DNA of 64,000 nt from assembly GCA_007376135.1 (NCBI GenBank), contig VMFR01000001.1:452360-516359 (forward strand), given 5' to 3'. This stretch comes from Parcubacteria group bacterium Gr01-1014_31 (GTDB lineage: Bacteria; Patescibacteriota; Patescibacteriia; Buchananbacterales; GWA2-38-13). Made by a program: the position numbers and the translations under genes. The notes below the pieces were generated by a model, which saw only the letters and a list, made by a program, of their open reading frames with translations, was not told the DNA's origin and did no database searches. Shown in pieces: positions 25,982-36,271 of this stretch; positions within the stretch are counted from its first letter, which is position 1, and each line of letters starts with the position of its first letter.

Positions 25982-26398
25982 TTATTTGAAACGCGTCAGA
26001 AATCTACTGCGCACCGGTAACTTGTGGGATGCCAAGAGCATCGCCTGTCGCGCCACGGTCTCCTCGACGCCATCCAGCTCGAACATGACAATACCCGGCC
26101 GGACGACCGCCACGTAGTGGTCCACGGCGCCCTTGCCCGAGCCCATCGTCGACTGCGTCCCCTTCATCGTCACCGGCTTATCGGGGAAAATGCGGATCCA
26201 GAGCTTGCCGCCCCGCTTCAGTTCACGCGTCATTGCGCGGCGCGCCGCCTCGATCTGGCGCGACGTCACCCAGGCGCCGGTCATTGCCTGCAAGCCGAAA
26301 TGGCCGTAGCCCAAAGCCGTCCCGGCGGTTGCCGCTTGACGGCGGCGCCGGCGTCCCTTGTGCCACTTGCGATGTTTGACTTTCTTCGGCATTAACAT
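25982..26398 (-). CDS. rplP: 50S ribosomal protein L16
   Basis: [17 protein letters not shown]…. Confidence 0.85.
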   Translation of the reverse strand: MLMPKKVKHRKWHKGRRRRRQAATAGTALGYGHFGLQAMTGAWVTSRQIEAARRAMTRELKRGGKLWIRIFPDKPVTMKGTQSTMGSGKGAVDHYVAVVRPGIVMFELDGVEETVARQAMLLASHKLPVRSRFLTRFK

Positions 26399-26423
26399 AC
26401 GTTCCTGGGTCGTTGATCAAGCA

Positions 26424-27116
26424 TTAGCGTCCGCGCGGATTGGCCCGGGCCGGAGCCGGGGCGGCCGCTGCCGGCTGCTCTTCCTTGGCGAATTTCTCAC
26501 CCTTATAGATCCAAACCTTGACCCCGATAGCGCCATAGGTCGTGAACGCGGCGCCGCGGCAGTAGTCGATGTTGGCGCGCAGCGTGTGCAACGGCATCTT
26601 GCCCGACACTAATTTTTCGGTCCGCGCGATCTCGGCGCCGTTGAGACGACCCGACAACATCACCTTGCAACCCAAAGCTCCTGCCCGATCGGCCCGCATA
26701 ACGGCCTGCTTCATGACCCGACGGAACGGCAGGCGCTTCTCCAGATCGGTGATCATCGCCTGCATCACGAGCGCGGCCGACTGATTAGCATTGGATACTT
26801 CCTGAATATTGATGGTCAAATTGGTCTTGGGTGGCAGGAGCTGCAGGATATCTTTCTTCAATTGCTCCACGCCCTGGCCGCCGCGGCCAATGATCATGCC
26901 CGGCTTGGCGGCATGTAAAATGACCGTCCACGCGGCGGGCGTGCGTTCGATCTCCACGCTTGCCAATCCGGCATCCCGAAGCTTGACCGCCAAGAACTTG
27001 CGGACCTGTACGTCCTGACGCAGCAGCACCGGGTAATCGCGCTTGCCGAACCACTTCGAATTCCACGGCATCATGACGCCGATGCGGATCGCAATGGGAT
27101 TGATCTTATGGCCCAT
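26424..27116 (-). CDS. rpsC: 30S ribosomal protein S3
   Basis: MGHKINPIAIRIGV… with KH domain and a basic C-terminal tail. Confidence 0.85.
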   Translation of the reverse strand: MGHKINPIAIRIGVMMPWNSKWFGKRDYPVLLRQDVQVRKFLAVKLRDAGLASVEIERTPAAWTVILHAAKPGMIIGRGGQGVEQLKKDILQLLPPKTNLTINIQEVSNANQSAALVMQAMITDLEKRLPFRRVMKQAVMRADRAGALGCKVMLSGRLNGAEIARTEKLVSGKMPLHTLRANIDYCRGAAFTTYGAIGVKVWIYKGEKFAKEEQPAAAAPAPARANPRGR

Positions 27117-27122
27117 ACCGAA

Positions 27123-27695
27123 TTAACCAGCTTTGCGGTTGAATAATTTGCGGGTAAAACCCTTCCCTCCCGAACGCCCGGATTCACCCGGCTTGCCGTC
27201 CTTGCCGGCTTCGCCGGCCGCGGCACCCATGCCGCGCTTCAACTCATCGAGCGTTACCGTCTTGATGGGCTCTGCAGGTTTGGCCGCCGCGGCTGACGGC
27301 TTGCGAGCCGCGCCCGGCCGTTCCGCCAGGATCACCGTGACGTGGCTGGAACGCTTGCGGATCATACCGGCGCGGCCGAATGCGCGCGGCCGCCAGCGTT
27401 TCAGGGTCGGTCCCTGGTTGACCAGGATCTCGCGCACCACCAGGTCTTCTTTGGCGATCTGAAAATTATGCGAGGCGTTGGCCACGGCCGAAGCGATGAG
27501 TTTGGCCAGCGGCACGGCCGGAGCCTTACGCAGCATCTTCAACCGGTCAATGGCAGAAGCCGCCGGCTGGCGCACGACCGTCTGGGCGACGACGCGCATC
27601 TTGCGCGGTGACATCCGGCAGTTGCGCAAAAACGCCGTCACCAACCGCGGGGACGCGGCGGGCTTGGCGGCTTTCGTTTTTTGCGCTGTGGCCAT
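27123..27695 (-). CDS. rplV: 50S ribosomal protein L22 (with long Ala/Gly/Lys-rich C-terminal extension)
   Basis: L22 core …CRMSPRKMRVVAQTV… plus an extension of about 70 aa. Confidence 0.85.
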   Translation of the reverse strand: MATAQKTKAAKPAASPRLVTAFLRNCRMSPRKMRVVAQTVVRQPAASAIDRLKMLRKAPAVPLAKLIASAVANASHNFQIAKEDLVVREILVNQGPTLKRWRPRAFGRAGMIRKRSSHVTVILAERPGAARKPSAAAAKPAEPIKTVTLDELKRGMGAAAGEAGKDGKPGESGRSGGKGFTRKLFNRKAG

Positions 27696-27724
27696 AGGAT
27701 AATGCTCCGATGAAAGTCCGGGAA

Positions 27725-28087
27725 TTATTTACCGGCGGGTTTACCTCCTGCGGCCGGGGCGGGAGCGCCAACGGCTGCCTTGCGAGCCGCTTCCTCCTTG
27801 GCCAACTGGGCGGCTTGCTGCTCTTTCGCCATGCGGCCGCCGTGGGTCGTGAACTTGCGGGTCTGCGCGAACTCGCCCAACCGGTGGCCGACCATGTTTT
27901 CCACGACCTGCACCGGCACGTGGGCACGGCCGTTATGCACGCCGATCGTGAACCCTACCATGGCAGGAGTGATGGTGCAAGCGCGGTCCCAGGTCTTTAC
28001 GACCGTGCGGTCGCCCGGTTTGCGCTTGACGAGTTTCGCCAGTAAACGCTGGTTAATATAGGGGCCTTTTTTGAGCGATCGTGCCAT
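27725..28087 (-). CDS. rpsS: 30S ribosomal protein S19
   Basis: [16 protein letters not shown]…[13 protein letters not shown]…. Confidence 0.85.
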   Translation of the reverse strand: MARSLKKGPYINQRLLAKLVKRKPGDRTVVKTWDRACTITPAMVGFTIGVHNGRAHVPVQVVENMVGHRLGEFAQTRKFTTHGGRMAKEQQAAQLAKEEAARKAAVGAPAPAAGGKPAGK

Positions 28088-28094
28088 AAAAGTA

Positions 28095-28934
28095 TTACTT
28101 GGCCAGCTTGCGACGCTGGATGATCAGGCGGTTGGAGTATTTCTTCGGCTTGCGGGTCTTGACCCCCAGCGCCAGCTTGCCCCACTTGGTCTTGGGCGCC
28201 TTCAAACCGATCGGTTGATTGCCTTCACCGCCGCCGTGCGGGTGGTCCACCGGGTTTTGCGCCTTGCCGCGCACCGTCGGACGCCAGCCCATGTGGCGCT
28301 TGCGGCCGGCTTTGCCAACGCGCACGTGCATGGCATCGGGGTTGGAAACCTGCCCGACCGTGGCCAGGCACTGTTTGGCGATCAGACGCACTTCCTTGGA
28401 GGGCAGAACCAGCTGCGCGAACGGCCCGTCGATGGCCAACAGCTTGATGGTTGTTCCGGCCGCGCGGGCCAGTTCGCCACCCTTGCCGGGCAAGAGCTCC
28501 ACGTTGCAGATCGGGGTTCCCGGCGGCACCATTTCCAGCGGCATGCGATTGCCAACCTTGATGTCCACACGGCCGCGGGACGTCACGATCTTCTGTCCGA
28601 CCTGCAAACCGTCGGGTGCCAAAATGTAGCTCTTCACGCCGTCGGCGTAATACACTAAGGCGATCCGCGCGCGACGCGCCGGGTCGTACTCGATGGTCCT
28701 GACCACGGCGGGAATGTCAAAACGATTCTGCTGGAAATCCACCATGCGAATAAAGCGCTTGGCGCCGCCCCCGCGGTGGCGCACGGTGATCTTGCCCGCC
28801 GCGTTGCGACCGGAGTGTTCCTTGCGGATGAACAACAGCGGCTTGTGCGGCCGATCGGTGGTCAGCTCGCTGAACGTGCTGACCGACGACAGCCGACGGC
28901 CGGGGCTGGTGGGACGATACTGTTTCACTGGCAT
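28095..28934 (-). CDS. rplB: 50S ribosomal protein L2
   Basis: [14 protein letters not shown]… and …[10 protein letters not shown]… Start trimmed to the internal ATG. Confidence 0.85.
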   Translation of the reverse strand: MPVKQYRPTSPGRRLSSVSTFSELTTDRPHKPLLFIRKEHSGRNAAGKITVRHRGGGAKRFIRMVDFQQNRFDIPAVVRTIEYDPARRARIALVYYADGVKSYILAPDGLQVGQKIVTSRGRVDIKVGNRMPLEMVPPGTPICNVELLPGKGGELARAAGTTIKLLAIDGPFAQLVLPSKEVRLIAKQCLATVGQVSNPDAMHVRVGKAGRKRHMGWRPTVRGKAQNPVDHPHGGGEGNQPIGLKAPKTKWGKLALGVKTRKPKKYSNRLIIQRRKLAK

Positions 28935-28948
28935 ACGATAGGCAAAAA

Positions 28949-29341
28949 CTAGGCGGTGGTCTTTTCCGCGTCGATCTTGGCGTTGGCAGGGAATGTGGCG
29001 ATCGCCTTCTTCCAAGCTTTCGTCTTCCCCTGCGTGCGTCCGAACCGCATCCCGCGGCCGCGGAGGTTAACGATGCGCACCTTTTCGGGAGCCACGCCGT
29101 ACCGCTGTTGCAAAGCGCGCTTGATGGTGATCTTATTGGCATCCGGGGCGACCTCGAACACGTACTGCGAGCGCGGCGCGCCCGCGGCGGCCTTCTCGGT
29201 CACCAGCCGTCGCAAAACGATGCCCGAAAGGTGCGGCGCCCGGCCCCCGAGCTTGGCGGAATGCGCTGGCGTCGCGACGGACTTCACCGCCGCTGCCGCC
29301 GGTTTTCCGTCCTGTTTTTTAAAAGCTTTGAGGAATCCCAT
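28949..29341 (-). CDS. rplW: 50S ribosomal protein L23 (N-terminal extended)
   Basis: …IVLRRLVTEKAAAGAPRSQYVFEVAPDANKITIKRALQQRYGV…. Confidence 0.8.
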   Translation of the reverse strand: MGFLKAFKKQDGKPAAAAVKSVATPAHSAKLGGRAPHLSGIVLRRLVTEKAAAGAPRSQYVFEVAPDANKITIKRALQQRYGVAPEKVRIVNLRGRGMRFGRTQGKTKAWKKAIATFPANAKIDAEKTTA

Positions 29342-29345
29342 AGAT

Positions 29346-30053
29346 CTAGGCCTTGGCGGTGGAACCGTACACTTCCATCATCCGGTCCAAACCGGCGAGC
29401 GGCAGCACCAGCACCTGGTGGGACAGAACGTCGGCAACGTTCAAACTGTCAGCGGCAATCGTCGACACGCGGCGCAGATTACGGAAGGCCAACACCTGGT
29501 CGTCGGATTTCGGGGGTAACACCACCAAGACGCGCGGCCAAGATTTGGCTGCGGGAACTGCCGCTGCTTTCTTTTTCAATTCCGTAGCGGCCGGCTTGAC
29601 CGCTTTGCCGGGACGGAGCTTCAACGCGGTCAACAGCTGGAACGCGACCTTGGCCTTGCCGCCCAATGGTTTGATGTCATCCACCAAATGCACGGCTTCG
29701 GCCTTAGACGACAATGCCATACGCAGCGCCTGACGGCGCACCTTGCGGTTCATCTTCAGTGTAAAATTGCGGTTCGAGCGCGGACCGAACGTGATACCGC
29801 CGCCGATCCAGATGGGCGAACGGATGGAGCCGTGGCGGGCGCGCCCGGTCCCCTTCTGCTTCCAGGGCTTACGGCCGCCGCCGCGCACTTCACCGCGGGT
29901 CTTGGTATGCGCCAACACTTGGCGGGCATTGGCCTGCTGGGCGACGACCGCCAGCTGCAACAATCCCGGTTTCACGGGGACGCCAAACAGCGCGGCGGGG
30001 AGCTCACGCTCGCCGACCGCCTGACCGCTGACGTTGTAGACCTTCACTTTCAT
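29346..30053 (-). CDS. rplD: 50S ribosomal protein L4
   Basis: L4 family; …KTRGEVRGGGRKPWKQKGTGRARHGS…. Confidence 0.85.
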   Translation of the reverse strand: MKVKVYNVSGQAVGERELPAALFGVPVKPGLLQLAVVAQQANARQVLAHTKTRGEVRGGGRKPWKQKGTGRARHGSIRSPIWIGGGITFGPRSNRNFTLKMNRKVRRQALRMALSSKAEAVHLVDDIKPLGGKAKVAFQLLTALKLRPGKAVKPAATELKKKAAAVPAAKSWPRVLVVLPPKSDDQVLAFRNLRRVSTIAADSLNVADVLSHQVLVLPLAGLDRMMEVYGSTAKA

Positions 30054-30056
30054 ATC

Positions 30057-30797
30057 CTACTGGGTGGTGGTTGCCGCGGGCACGGCCGGGGCTTCCGATA
30101 TCGCGGGAACGGCTGCCGGCTCAACCGGTGCGGCCGCTTTCGCGGTCGTGAGGTCGCCCTTCCCCTGGATCACGAGCAATCCGTTGCGGCTGCCCGGGAT
30201 CGCACCTTGCACATACAAGGTATGCTCCGGGACATCCACCGCGATGATCTCCAAATTGGCGACCGTGATCTGCTCGTTGCCCATGCGGCCGGGCATACGC
30301 TTGCCAGGTCGCACCCGCTGCACGCCGCCCGCGCCGCTCGAGCCAGGCATGCGTAGCTGGTCCTTATGACCGTGGGTTTTCGGCGAACCCTTGAATCCAT
30401 GGCGCTTCACAACCCCCTGGAAACCGCGGCCCTTGGACCACCCCGTTACTTTTACCACGTCGCCGGGGACAAAGGTTTCCACCGTAATGCGGTCGCCCAC
30501 CGCCAGTGGCTTTGCCTCCTCGGGCGTCAAGCGGATCTCACGCAAGACGGCAACCGGACCGATACCCTTGAGGTGGCCGGCCTGGGGCTTGGCAACGCGC
30601 TTCCGCTTGCCGCTCGCCACCTGCACGGCGGTGTACCCGTCGCGCGATACCGATTTGATCTGCGCCACCACGCACGGCTCGGCGACCACTTTGGTCACCA
30701 CAACCGCGCTGCCGTCGGGACGGTAGCGCTGGGTCATTTCCGATTTTCGGCCGAGGATGAACTTCATACCGCGGATAAACAAAAACTGCCTCAACAA
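30057..30797 (-). CDS. rplC: 50S ribosomal protein L3
   Basis: …GFKGSPKTHGHKDQLRMPGS…. Confidence 0.85.
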   Translation of the reverse strand: MLRQFLFIRGMKFILGRKSEMTQRYRPDGSAVVVTKVVAEPCVVAQIKSVSRDGYTAVQVASGKRKRVAKPQAGHLKGIGPVAVLREIRLTPEEAKPLAVGDRITVETFVPGDVVKVTGWSKGRGFQGVVKRHGFKGSPKTHGHKDQLRMPGSSGAGGVQRVRPGKRMPGRMGNEQITVANLEIIAVDVPEHTLYVQGAIPGSRNGLLVIQGKGDLTTAKAAAPVEPAAVPAISEAPAVPAATTTQ

Positions 30798-30998
30798 TGA
30801 GCCAGCTCCAAGAGCTTTTGGCAGATTGTCGGTCGGGCTGTTAGGTCGGGTTGTCAGTGCTCCATGCGCCTCGCCGTTCGGGGCCGGGGATGCCCCGCAT
30901 CTTTGGTTGAATCGCTTCCACCAAAGGTGCGGGGCCGCATCCGGCGCTTTCCGGAGGGGCTGGGCTCCGCCGCCGCAGGTGCGGACGGCGGGGCGAGC

Positions 30999-31370
30999 TT
31001 ACATCTTGATTTCAATGTCGACGCCCGCGGGCAAGCTCAGGTTGGTTAGGGCGTCAACGGTCTTGGCGGTCGGGTCCAGGATATCCAGCAGCCGCTTGTG
31101 GATGCGCATCTCATACTGGTCGCGGCTGTTCTTGTGGACGAATGTCGAACGGTTGACGGTATACTTCTTCTTTTCGGTCGGCAGCGGCACCGGACCGATG
31201 ACCTTGGCCCCGCTGCGGTTGGCCGTCTCAATGATGGTGCGCAGCGACTGGTCCGCGATCTTGTGGTCGTACGCGCGGATCTTGATGCGGATCCGCTGAC
31301 GGCCCTCCTCCTGTTCCGGAGCGGCCGGAGCGGCCGCCACCGTCTTTGTGCGCGCTGCGATTGCGGTCAT
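30999..31370 (-). CDS. rpsJ: 30S ribosomal protein S10
   Basis: …[41 protein letters not shown]… The annotated N-terminal extension is possibly upstream of the true start. Confidence 0.85.
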   Translation of the reverse strand: MTAIAARTKTVAAAPAAPEQEEGRQRIRIKIRAYDHKIADQSLRTIIETANRSGAKVIGPVPLPTEKKKYTVNRSTFVHKNSRDQYEMRIHKRLLDILDPTAKTVDALTNLSLPAGVDIEIKM

Positions 31371-31396
31371 GGGAAAGATCGTGCCGACGAATGGCG

Positions 31397-32587
31397 TTAC
31401 TTAATGATCTTGATGACCGCACCGGCGCCCACGGTATGGCCGCCTTCGCGGATGGCAAACCGCTGCTTCTCTTCCAGTGCGATCGGCCCGATCAGCTTGA
31501 TCTTGATCTTCACGGTGTCACCGGGCATGACCATTTCCGTGCCTTCCGGCAACTCGATCTCACCCGTCACGTCCGCGGTGCCGATGAAAAACTGAGGCTT
31601 GTACCCCTTGAAGAACGGCTTATGGCGGCCACCTTCCTCTTTCGTCAAGATATACGTCTGGCCCTCGAACTCCGTGTGCGGGGTGATGCTACCGCTCTTG
31701 GCGAGCACCATGCCGCGGTCGACTTCCTCTTTCTTGATACCGCGCAACAGGATGCCGGCGTTGTCGCCCGCCTCACCCTGATCCAGCGACTTGTTGAACA
31801 TTTCAATGCCGGTCACGGTGGTCTTCTTGGTGTCGCGGATGCCGACCAGCTCGACTTCGTCGTTCAGTTTGACCATCCCGCGCTCGATGCGGCCGGTCAC
31901 GACGGTGCCGCGGCCTTCGATGGAGAAGATGTCCTCGATCGGCATCAGGAACGGCTTATCCTTCTGGCGCACCGGCTCCGGAATGTAGGTGTCCAGCGCA
32001 TTGACCAGATCATCCATTGGTTTGATCCACTCGGCATCGCCGGGGTTCTCCAAGACCTTGAGGGCCGAACCGCGGATGACCGGAATGGTGTCGCCGGGGA
32101 ATTCGTACTTCTTGAGCAGCTCGCGAACCTCTTCCTCCACCAGGTCCACCAGTTCCTTGTCCTTGACCTGGTCGACTTTATTGATGAATACGACGATATG
32201 GGGCACCCCTACCTGGCGGGCCAGGAGGATGTGCTCGCGCGTCTGCGGCATCGGTCCGTCGGTCGCCGCCACCACCAGGATGGCGCCGTCCATTTGGGCC
32301 GCACCCGTCACCATGTTCTTGACGTAGTCGGCGTGCCCGGGACAGTCGATGTGCGCGTAGTGGCGGTTGGCGGATTCGTACTCGACGTGCGAAGTATTGA
32401 TGGTGATACCGCGCGCCTTCTCTTCCGGCGCGTTGTCGATCTGATCGACCGACTTCTGCTGGGCCTTGAGGCCTTTTTTATTCAAATACGTCAAAAGCGC
32501 CGCCGTCAACGTGGTCTTACCGTGGTCGACGTGGCCGATGGTGCCGACATTCAAGTGCGGCTTCGTGCGTTCAAATTTACCGGTCAT
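31397..32587 (-). CDS. tuf: elongation factor Tu
   Basis: [22 protein letters not shown] and the full EF-Tu length. Confidence 0.95.
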   Translation of the reverse strand: MTGKFERTKPHLNVGTIGHVDHGKTTLTAALLTYLNKKGLKAQQKSVDQIDNAPEEKARGITINTSHVEYESANRHYAHIDCPGHADYVKNMVTGAAQMDGAILVVAATDGPMPQTREHILLARQVGVPHIVVFINKVDQVKDKELVDLVEEEVRELLKKYEFPGDTIPVIRGSALKVLENPGDAEWIKPMDDLVNALDTYIPEPVRQKDKPFLMPIEDIFSIEGRGTVVTGRIERGMVKLNDEVELVGIRDTKKTTVTGIEMFNKSLDQGEAGDNAGILLRGIKKEEVDRGMVLAKSGSITPHTEFEGQTYILTKEEGGRHKPFFKGYKPQFFIGTADVTGEIELPEGTEMVMPGDTVKIKIKLIGPIALEEKQRFAIREGGHTVGAGAVIKIIK

Positions 32588-32680
32588 GGGAGACTCCTTA
32601 CGGCGCAGCCAACCGCGAGGCGCGGGTGGCCGGACGCGCGGGTTAATTAATTTAAATCAAGCTATTTTTTACGTTCCCCA

Positions 32681-32709
32681 ATTATAGAGAGAATGAGCCA
32701 AAATGTCAA
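32681..32709 (-). promoter_or_regulatory. consensus sigma70-type promoter for tuf (TTGACA-17-TATAAT)
   Basis: Minus strand TTGACATTTTGGCTCATTCTCTCTATAAT, with a GGAG Shine-Dalgarno sequence before the tuf ATG. Confidence 0.6.
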
Positions 32710-32752
32710 ATCGACGCTCCGCACAGCCTATCCACACGGTTTTTTTGCTGGG

Positions 32753-33100
32753 TTACTCGATCGGTTCAAAAAAATACTGGTCCGATGCGTTTTCTGCGGC
32801 GGTTGCCTCCGGCGCGGCTGGGGATGGCTCTTCTGGACCCCATGGCTGGGGTGCCCCGATGCCGCGGGATTCGGCGTCACGGGAAATATCGGCGGCGAGA
32901 TCTTTCGGCATGGCGAGCGGACGACGCTCCGCCAAGCGTTCGTACTCGTTGAGCGGCAGGATGACGTAGGCGGGGTTGCCCTCGTGATCCAGCACGATAC
33001 AGCGGTCGCCGGTGCGCTTGATGAACGCGATGATCTTTTCCAAACCCGTGGTCATAGGCGGCTTAGCGGCCCTTGGCGCGCTCGGTGTCATACTCGCCAA
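32753..33100 (-). CDS. hypothetical small protein between fusA and tuf
   Basis: 115-aa ORF (…[37 protein letters not shown]…) with an acidic Pro-rich tail. No recognised family. Overlaps the fusA 3' end by 38 nt. Confidence 0.3.
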   Translation of the reverse strand: MASMTPSAPRAAKPPMTTGLEKIIAFIKRTGDRCIVLDHEGNPAYVILPLNEYERLAERRPLAMPKDLAADISRDAESRGIGAPQPWGPEEPSPAAPEATAAENASDQYFFEPIE

Positions 33101-35219
33101 TAAGCTTTTCGGCGACCTGGCGCGGAACGGGCTGGTATTCGTGGAACTCCATTGTGGAAGCGGCGCGACCCTGAGTCAGCGAACGCAGCTCGGTGGCGTA
33201 GCCGAACATCTCGGCCAGCGGCACCTCGCCGTCCACCACCTTGGTCTTGCCGCGGTCGCGCATTTCGGTGATCTTGGTGCGCTTGCTGTTGAGGTTGCCG
33301 ATGACCTCGCCCATGAACTGTTCCGGCGTGATGACCTGGATCTTCATGATAGGCTCGAGGATGACCGGGTTGGCCTTGCGGACGGCGGCCTGGAACGCCA
33401 TGCTGCCGGCGATCTTGAAAGCCGCTTCCGACGAGTCAACGTCGTGATAGGAACCGTCAAAAACAGCGGCCGCCACATCCACCACCGGGTAGCCGGCAAT
33501 GACCCCCCGAGTCATGGCCTCGGTAACGCCCTTCTCAATGGCGGGCAAAAATTCGCGCGGGATCAAGCCACCCTTGATCTCGTCCAAAAATTCGAATTCG
33601 CCGCCCCGCGGGCGCGGCTCCACCCGCAGCCAGCAGTGGCCATACTGGCCGCGGCCGCCGGACTGCCGGATATACTTGCCTTCAGCTTCGGCGCTGGCCA
33701 GAATGGTTTCCTTGTAGGCAACCTGCGGCTTGCCGACGGTCGCTTCCACCTTGAACTCGCGCTTCATCCGGTCGACGATGATCTCCAGGTGCAACTCGCC
33801 CATCCCCTCAATGATGGTTTGCATCGTTTCCTCGTCGGTATGCACCTTGAACGTCGGGTCTTCTTCCGAGAGTTTCTGCAATGCCACGCCCATCTTTTCC
33901 TGATCGGCCTTGGTCTTCGGTTCAATGGCCTGGGCAATGACCGGGTCGGGGAAGCTGATGGATTCTAGCAGGAGCGGGCTGCCCGGATCGCACAAGGTGT
34001 GGCCGGTAAAGGTATTTTTCAACCCGACAATGGCGGCGATCTCCCCGGCAAAAACCTCAGTCACATCTTCGCGGAGGTTCGCGTGCAGCCGCACAATGCG
34101 GCCGACGCGCTCCTGGTTGCCGGTGGTCGCGTTCAGCACGTAGGAACCGGCCTTGATGGAACCGGAATAGACGCGGAAGAAGCACAGCTTGCCCACGAAC
34201 GGGTCAGCAGCGATCTTGAATGCCAGCGCCGAGAACGGCTCAGTGTCGGACGCGTGGCGCTCCAAGGACTTGTTCTTGTCGTTGAGGTCGTGGCCCTGGA
34301 TGGACGGAACATCCAGCGGGGACGGCAGGTACGCGACCACGGCGTCCAGCAACAGCTGCACGCCCTTGTTCTTAAGCGCCGAACCGCAGAATACCGGCAG
34401 GATCTTGGAGGCAATGACGGCCTTGCGCAGCACGGGCTTGAGCTCCTCCACGGACGGCTCGTCGCCCGCCAGGTAGCGGTTCATCAATTTTTCATCGTGC
34501 TCGACGATGGCTTCCACCAGCTTGGCGCGCCACTTCTCGGCGGTCGCCTTGAGGTCCTCGGGAATGGCGATAACCTCCATATCTTTGCCCAGGTCGTCCT
34601 TCCAGATGAGGGCGGTCCGATCCAGCAGGTTCACGACGCCCTGAAATTTTTCCTCGGTGCCAATGGGGAGCTGCATCGGGTAGGCCGCTTCGGTCAGCCG
34701 CTCGTGGATGGAGGCCAGGTCCGCGAAGAAATCCGCCCCCATGCGGTCGAGCTTGTTGACGAACGCGACCAGGGGGACTTTGAACTTTTCGGCCTGGTGG
34801 TAGACGGTCTCGGACTGCGGCTCCACACCCGCCACGCCGTCAAAGACGACCACCCCGCCGTCCAGCACGCGCAAGCTGCGCTGCACCTCGGCGGTAAAGT
34901 CGATGTGGCCGGGGGTGTCGATGATGTTGATCTGGCAGGTCTCGATTTTTTGAGATTTCGATATGTCGATATTTCGAAATGTCGAAATTTCGTCCGGCCG
35001 CGGCCAAAAGCAGGTCACCGCGGCGGCCGTGATGGTGATGCCGCGCTCGCGCTCCTGCTCCATCCAGTCGGTGGTGGTATCGCCCTCGTGAACCTCGCCG
35101 ATCTTGTGCTTCTTTCCCGTGTAAAACAAAACGCGCTCGGTGACCGTGGTCTTACCGGCGTCAATGTGAGCGATGATCCCGATATTGCGGACGCGCTCGA
35201 TCGGATAGGAGCGGGGCAT
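33063..35219 (-). CDS. fusA: elongation factor G (with about 20-aa AT-rich in-frame insert between the G2 and G3 motifs)
   Basis: [18 protein letters not shown] and domains II-V. The insert [24 protein letters not shown] is encoded by AT-rich 9-nt repeats. Confidence 0.9.
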   Translation of the reverse strand: MPRSYPIERVRNIGIIAHIDAGKTTVTERVLFYTGKKHKIGEVHEGDTTTDWMEQERERGITITAAAVTCFWPRPDEISTFRNIDISKSQKIETCQINIIDTPGHIDFTAEVQRSLRVLDGGVVVFDGVAGVEPQSETVYHQAEKFKVPLVAFVNKLDRMGADFFADLASIHERLTEAAYPMQLPIGTEEKFQGVVNLLDRTALIWKDDLGKDMEVIAIPEDLKATAEKWRAKLVEAIVEHDEKLMNRYLAGDEPSVEELKPVLRKAVIASKILPVFCGSALKNKGVQLLLDAVVAYLPSPLDVPSIQGHDLNDKNKSLERHASDTEPFSALAFKIAADPFVGKLCFFRVYSGSIKAGSYVLNATTGNQERVGRIVRLHANLREDVTEVFAGEIAAIVGLKNTFTGHTLCDPGSPLLLESISFPDPVIAQAIEPKTKADQEKMGVALQKLSEEDPTFKVHTDEETMQTIIEGMGELHLEIIVDRMKREFKVEATVGKPQVAYKETILASAEAEGKYIRQSGGRGQYGHCWLRVEPRPRGGEFEFLDEIKGGLIPREFLPAIEKGVTEAMTRGVIAGYPVVDVAAAVFDGSYHDVDSSEAAFKIAGSMAFQAAVRKANPVILEPIMKIQVITPEQFMGEVIGNLNSKRTKITEMRDRGKTKVVDGEVPLAEMFGYATELRSLTQGRAASTMEFHEYQPVPRQVAEKLIGEYDTERAKGR
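34941..34992. repeat. AT-rich in-frame 9-nt tandem repeat block (TCGA-containing) inside fusA
   Basis: ctcgattttttgagatttcgatatgtcgatatttcgaaatgtcgaaatttcg. 26/27 nt match the rplF-rpsH spacer repeat. Confidence 0.6.
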
Positions 35220-35231
35220 TCGGCTACAGCG

Positions 35232-35711
35232 TTACTTCCGGCGGTTGAAGCGGGCAAAGTGCGCGAACGCGCGGTTGGCTTCGGCCATCCGGTAGACATC
35301 CTCGCGCTTCTTGAAGGCGGAGCCGACCTTGTTGGCGGCATCGGTCAGCTCAGCGGACAACTTCTGCCACATCGGCTGGCCCTTGCGGGTGTGGGCGGCC
35401 GCCAGGATCCAGCGGAACGCCAGCGCCTGCCGGCGCTCAGGGGAGACGGGCGTGGGGATCTGGTAATTGGCGCCGCCGACCCGGCGTGAGCGCACCTCAA
35501 CCTCGGGGCCGACGTTGCGCACGGCCGCGTCGAACACCTCGCGCGGATCGTGCTTGGTTTTTTCTGCAATGTCCTCAAAACTCTGGTAAAGAATGGATCG
35601 GGCAATGGACTTCTTGCCCTTGCGCATGATGTAGTTGATGAACTTTGTGACCGTCGCGCTGCCGTACTTGGCATCCGGCACCATCTTCCGTTTCGGGGAT
35701 TTTCCGCGCAT
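35232..35711 (-). CDS. rpsG: 30S ribosomal protein S7
   Basis: …KFINYIMRKGKKSIARSILYQSF…. Confidence 0.85.
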   Translation of the reverse strand: MRGKSPKRKMVPDAKYGSATVTKFINYIMRKGKKSIARSILYQSFEDIAEKTKHDPREVFDAAVRNVGPEVEVRSRRVGGANYQIPTPVSPERRQALAFRWILAAAHTRKGQPMWQKLSAELTDAANKVGSAFKKREDVYRMAEANRAFAHFARFNRRK

Positions 35712-35726
35712 ACCAAAAACTTCCGA

Positions 35727-36155
35727 TTAAGCGGCTTTCGCCTGGGTCTTCTTCACGCCGTACATCGAGCGGCTCTGCTTGCGGCCTTCCACGCCAGCGG
35801 TGTCGTACACGCCGCGGACAATATGGTAGCGCACGCCGGGCAAGTCTTTGACGCGGCCGCCGCGCACCAACACAATGGAGTGCTCCTGCAAATTGTGGCC
35901 CTCGCCGGGGATGTAGGCGGTCACTTCCAAACCGTTGGACAGCCGAACGCGAGCGATCTTGCGCAGCGCGGAGTTGGGCTTCTTCGGGGTGGTCGTGGTG
36001 ACCTTCAGACACACGCCGCGCTTGAACGGCGAACCTCCCGGCAGCTCGTAGCGACGGCGGCGCAAGGTATTATTGACCGACTGCAACGCCGGCGTTTTGG
36101 CTTTGCTCCGCTGCTGCTTTCGGCTTTTGCGGAGTAGTTGGTTGATGGTGGACAT
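35727..36155 (-). CDS. rpsL: 30S ribosomal protein S12
   Basis: [13 protein letters not shown]…[10 protein letters not shown]…. Start trimmed to the internal ATG. Confidence 0.9.
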   Translation of the reverse strand: MSTINQLLRKSRKQQRSKAKTPALQSVNNTLRRRRYELPGGSPFKRGVCLKVTTTTPKKPNSALRKIARVRLSNGLEVTAYIPGEGHNLQEHSIVLVRGGRVKDLPGVRYHIVRGVYDTAGVEGRKQSRSMYGVKKTQAKAA

Positions 36156-36185
36156 GGGGGTGCGAGCGTATGCGGCGTACCGGAA

Positions 36186-36210
36186 GAAAAACCCTGCCCG
36201 AAGGACAGGG
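36186..36210 (-). promoter_or_regulatory. terminator-like hairpin + T-run in the rpsL leader (possible attenuator)
   Basis: Minus strand GCCCTGTCC-UUCG-GGCAGGG-UUUUU, located 3' of a TTGACG-17-TATACT candidate promoter (36225-36252). Confidence 0.35.
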
Positions 36211-36271
36211 CAACAGAATGAAACGAGTATATCGGGGAACGCGGCTCCCGTCAAGTCAGCAGGCCCGCGTC

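Noticed and set aside
34941-34992. Programmed translational bypass or frameshift site in fusA, or a CRISPR-like array
   Set aside because: The reading frame runs uninterrupted through the AT-rich block and the flanking EF-G motifs stay in frame. The repeats are 9-nt units without unique spacers, so this is an in-frame tandem-repeat insertion rather than a hop site or CRISPR array.
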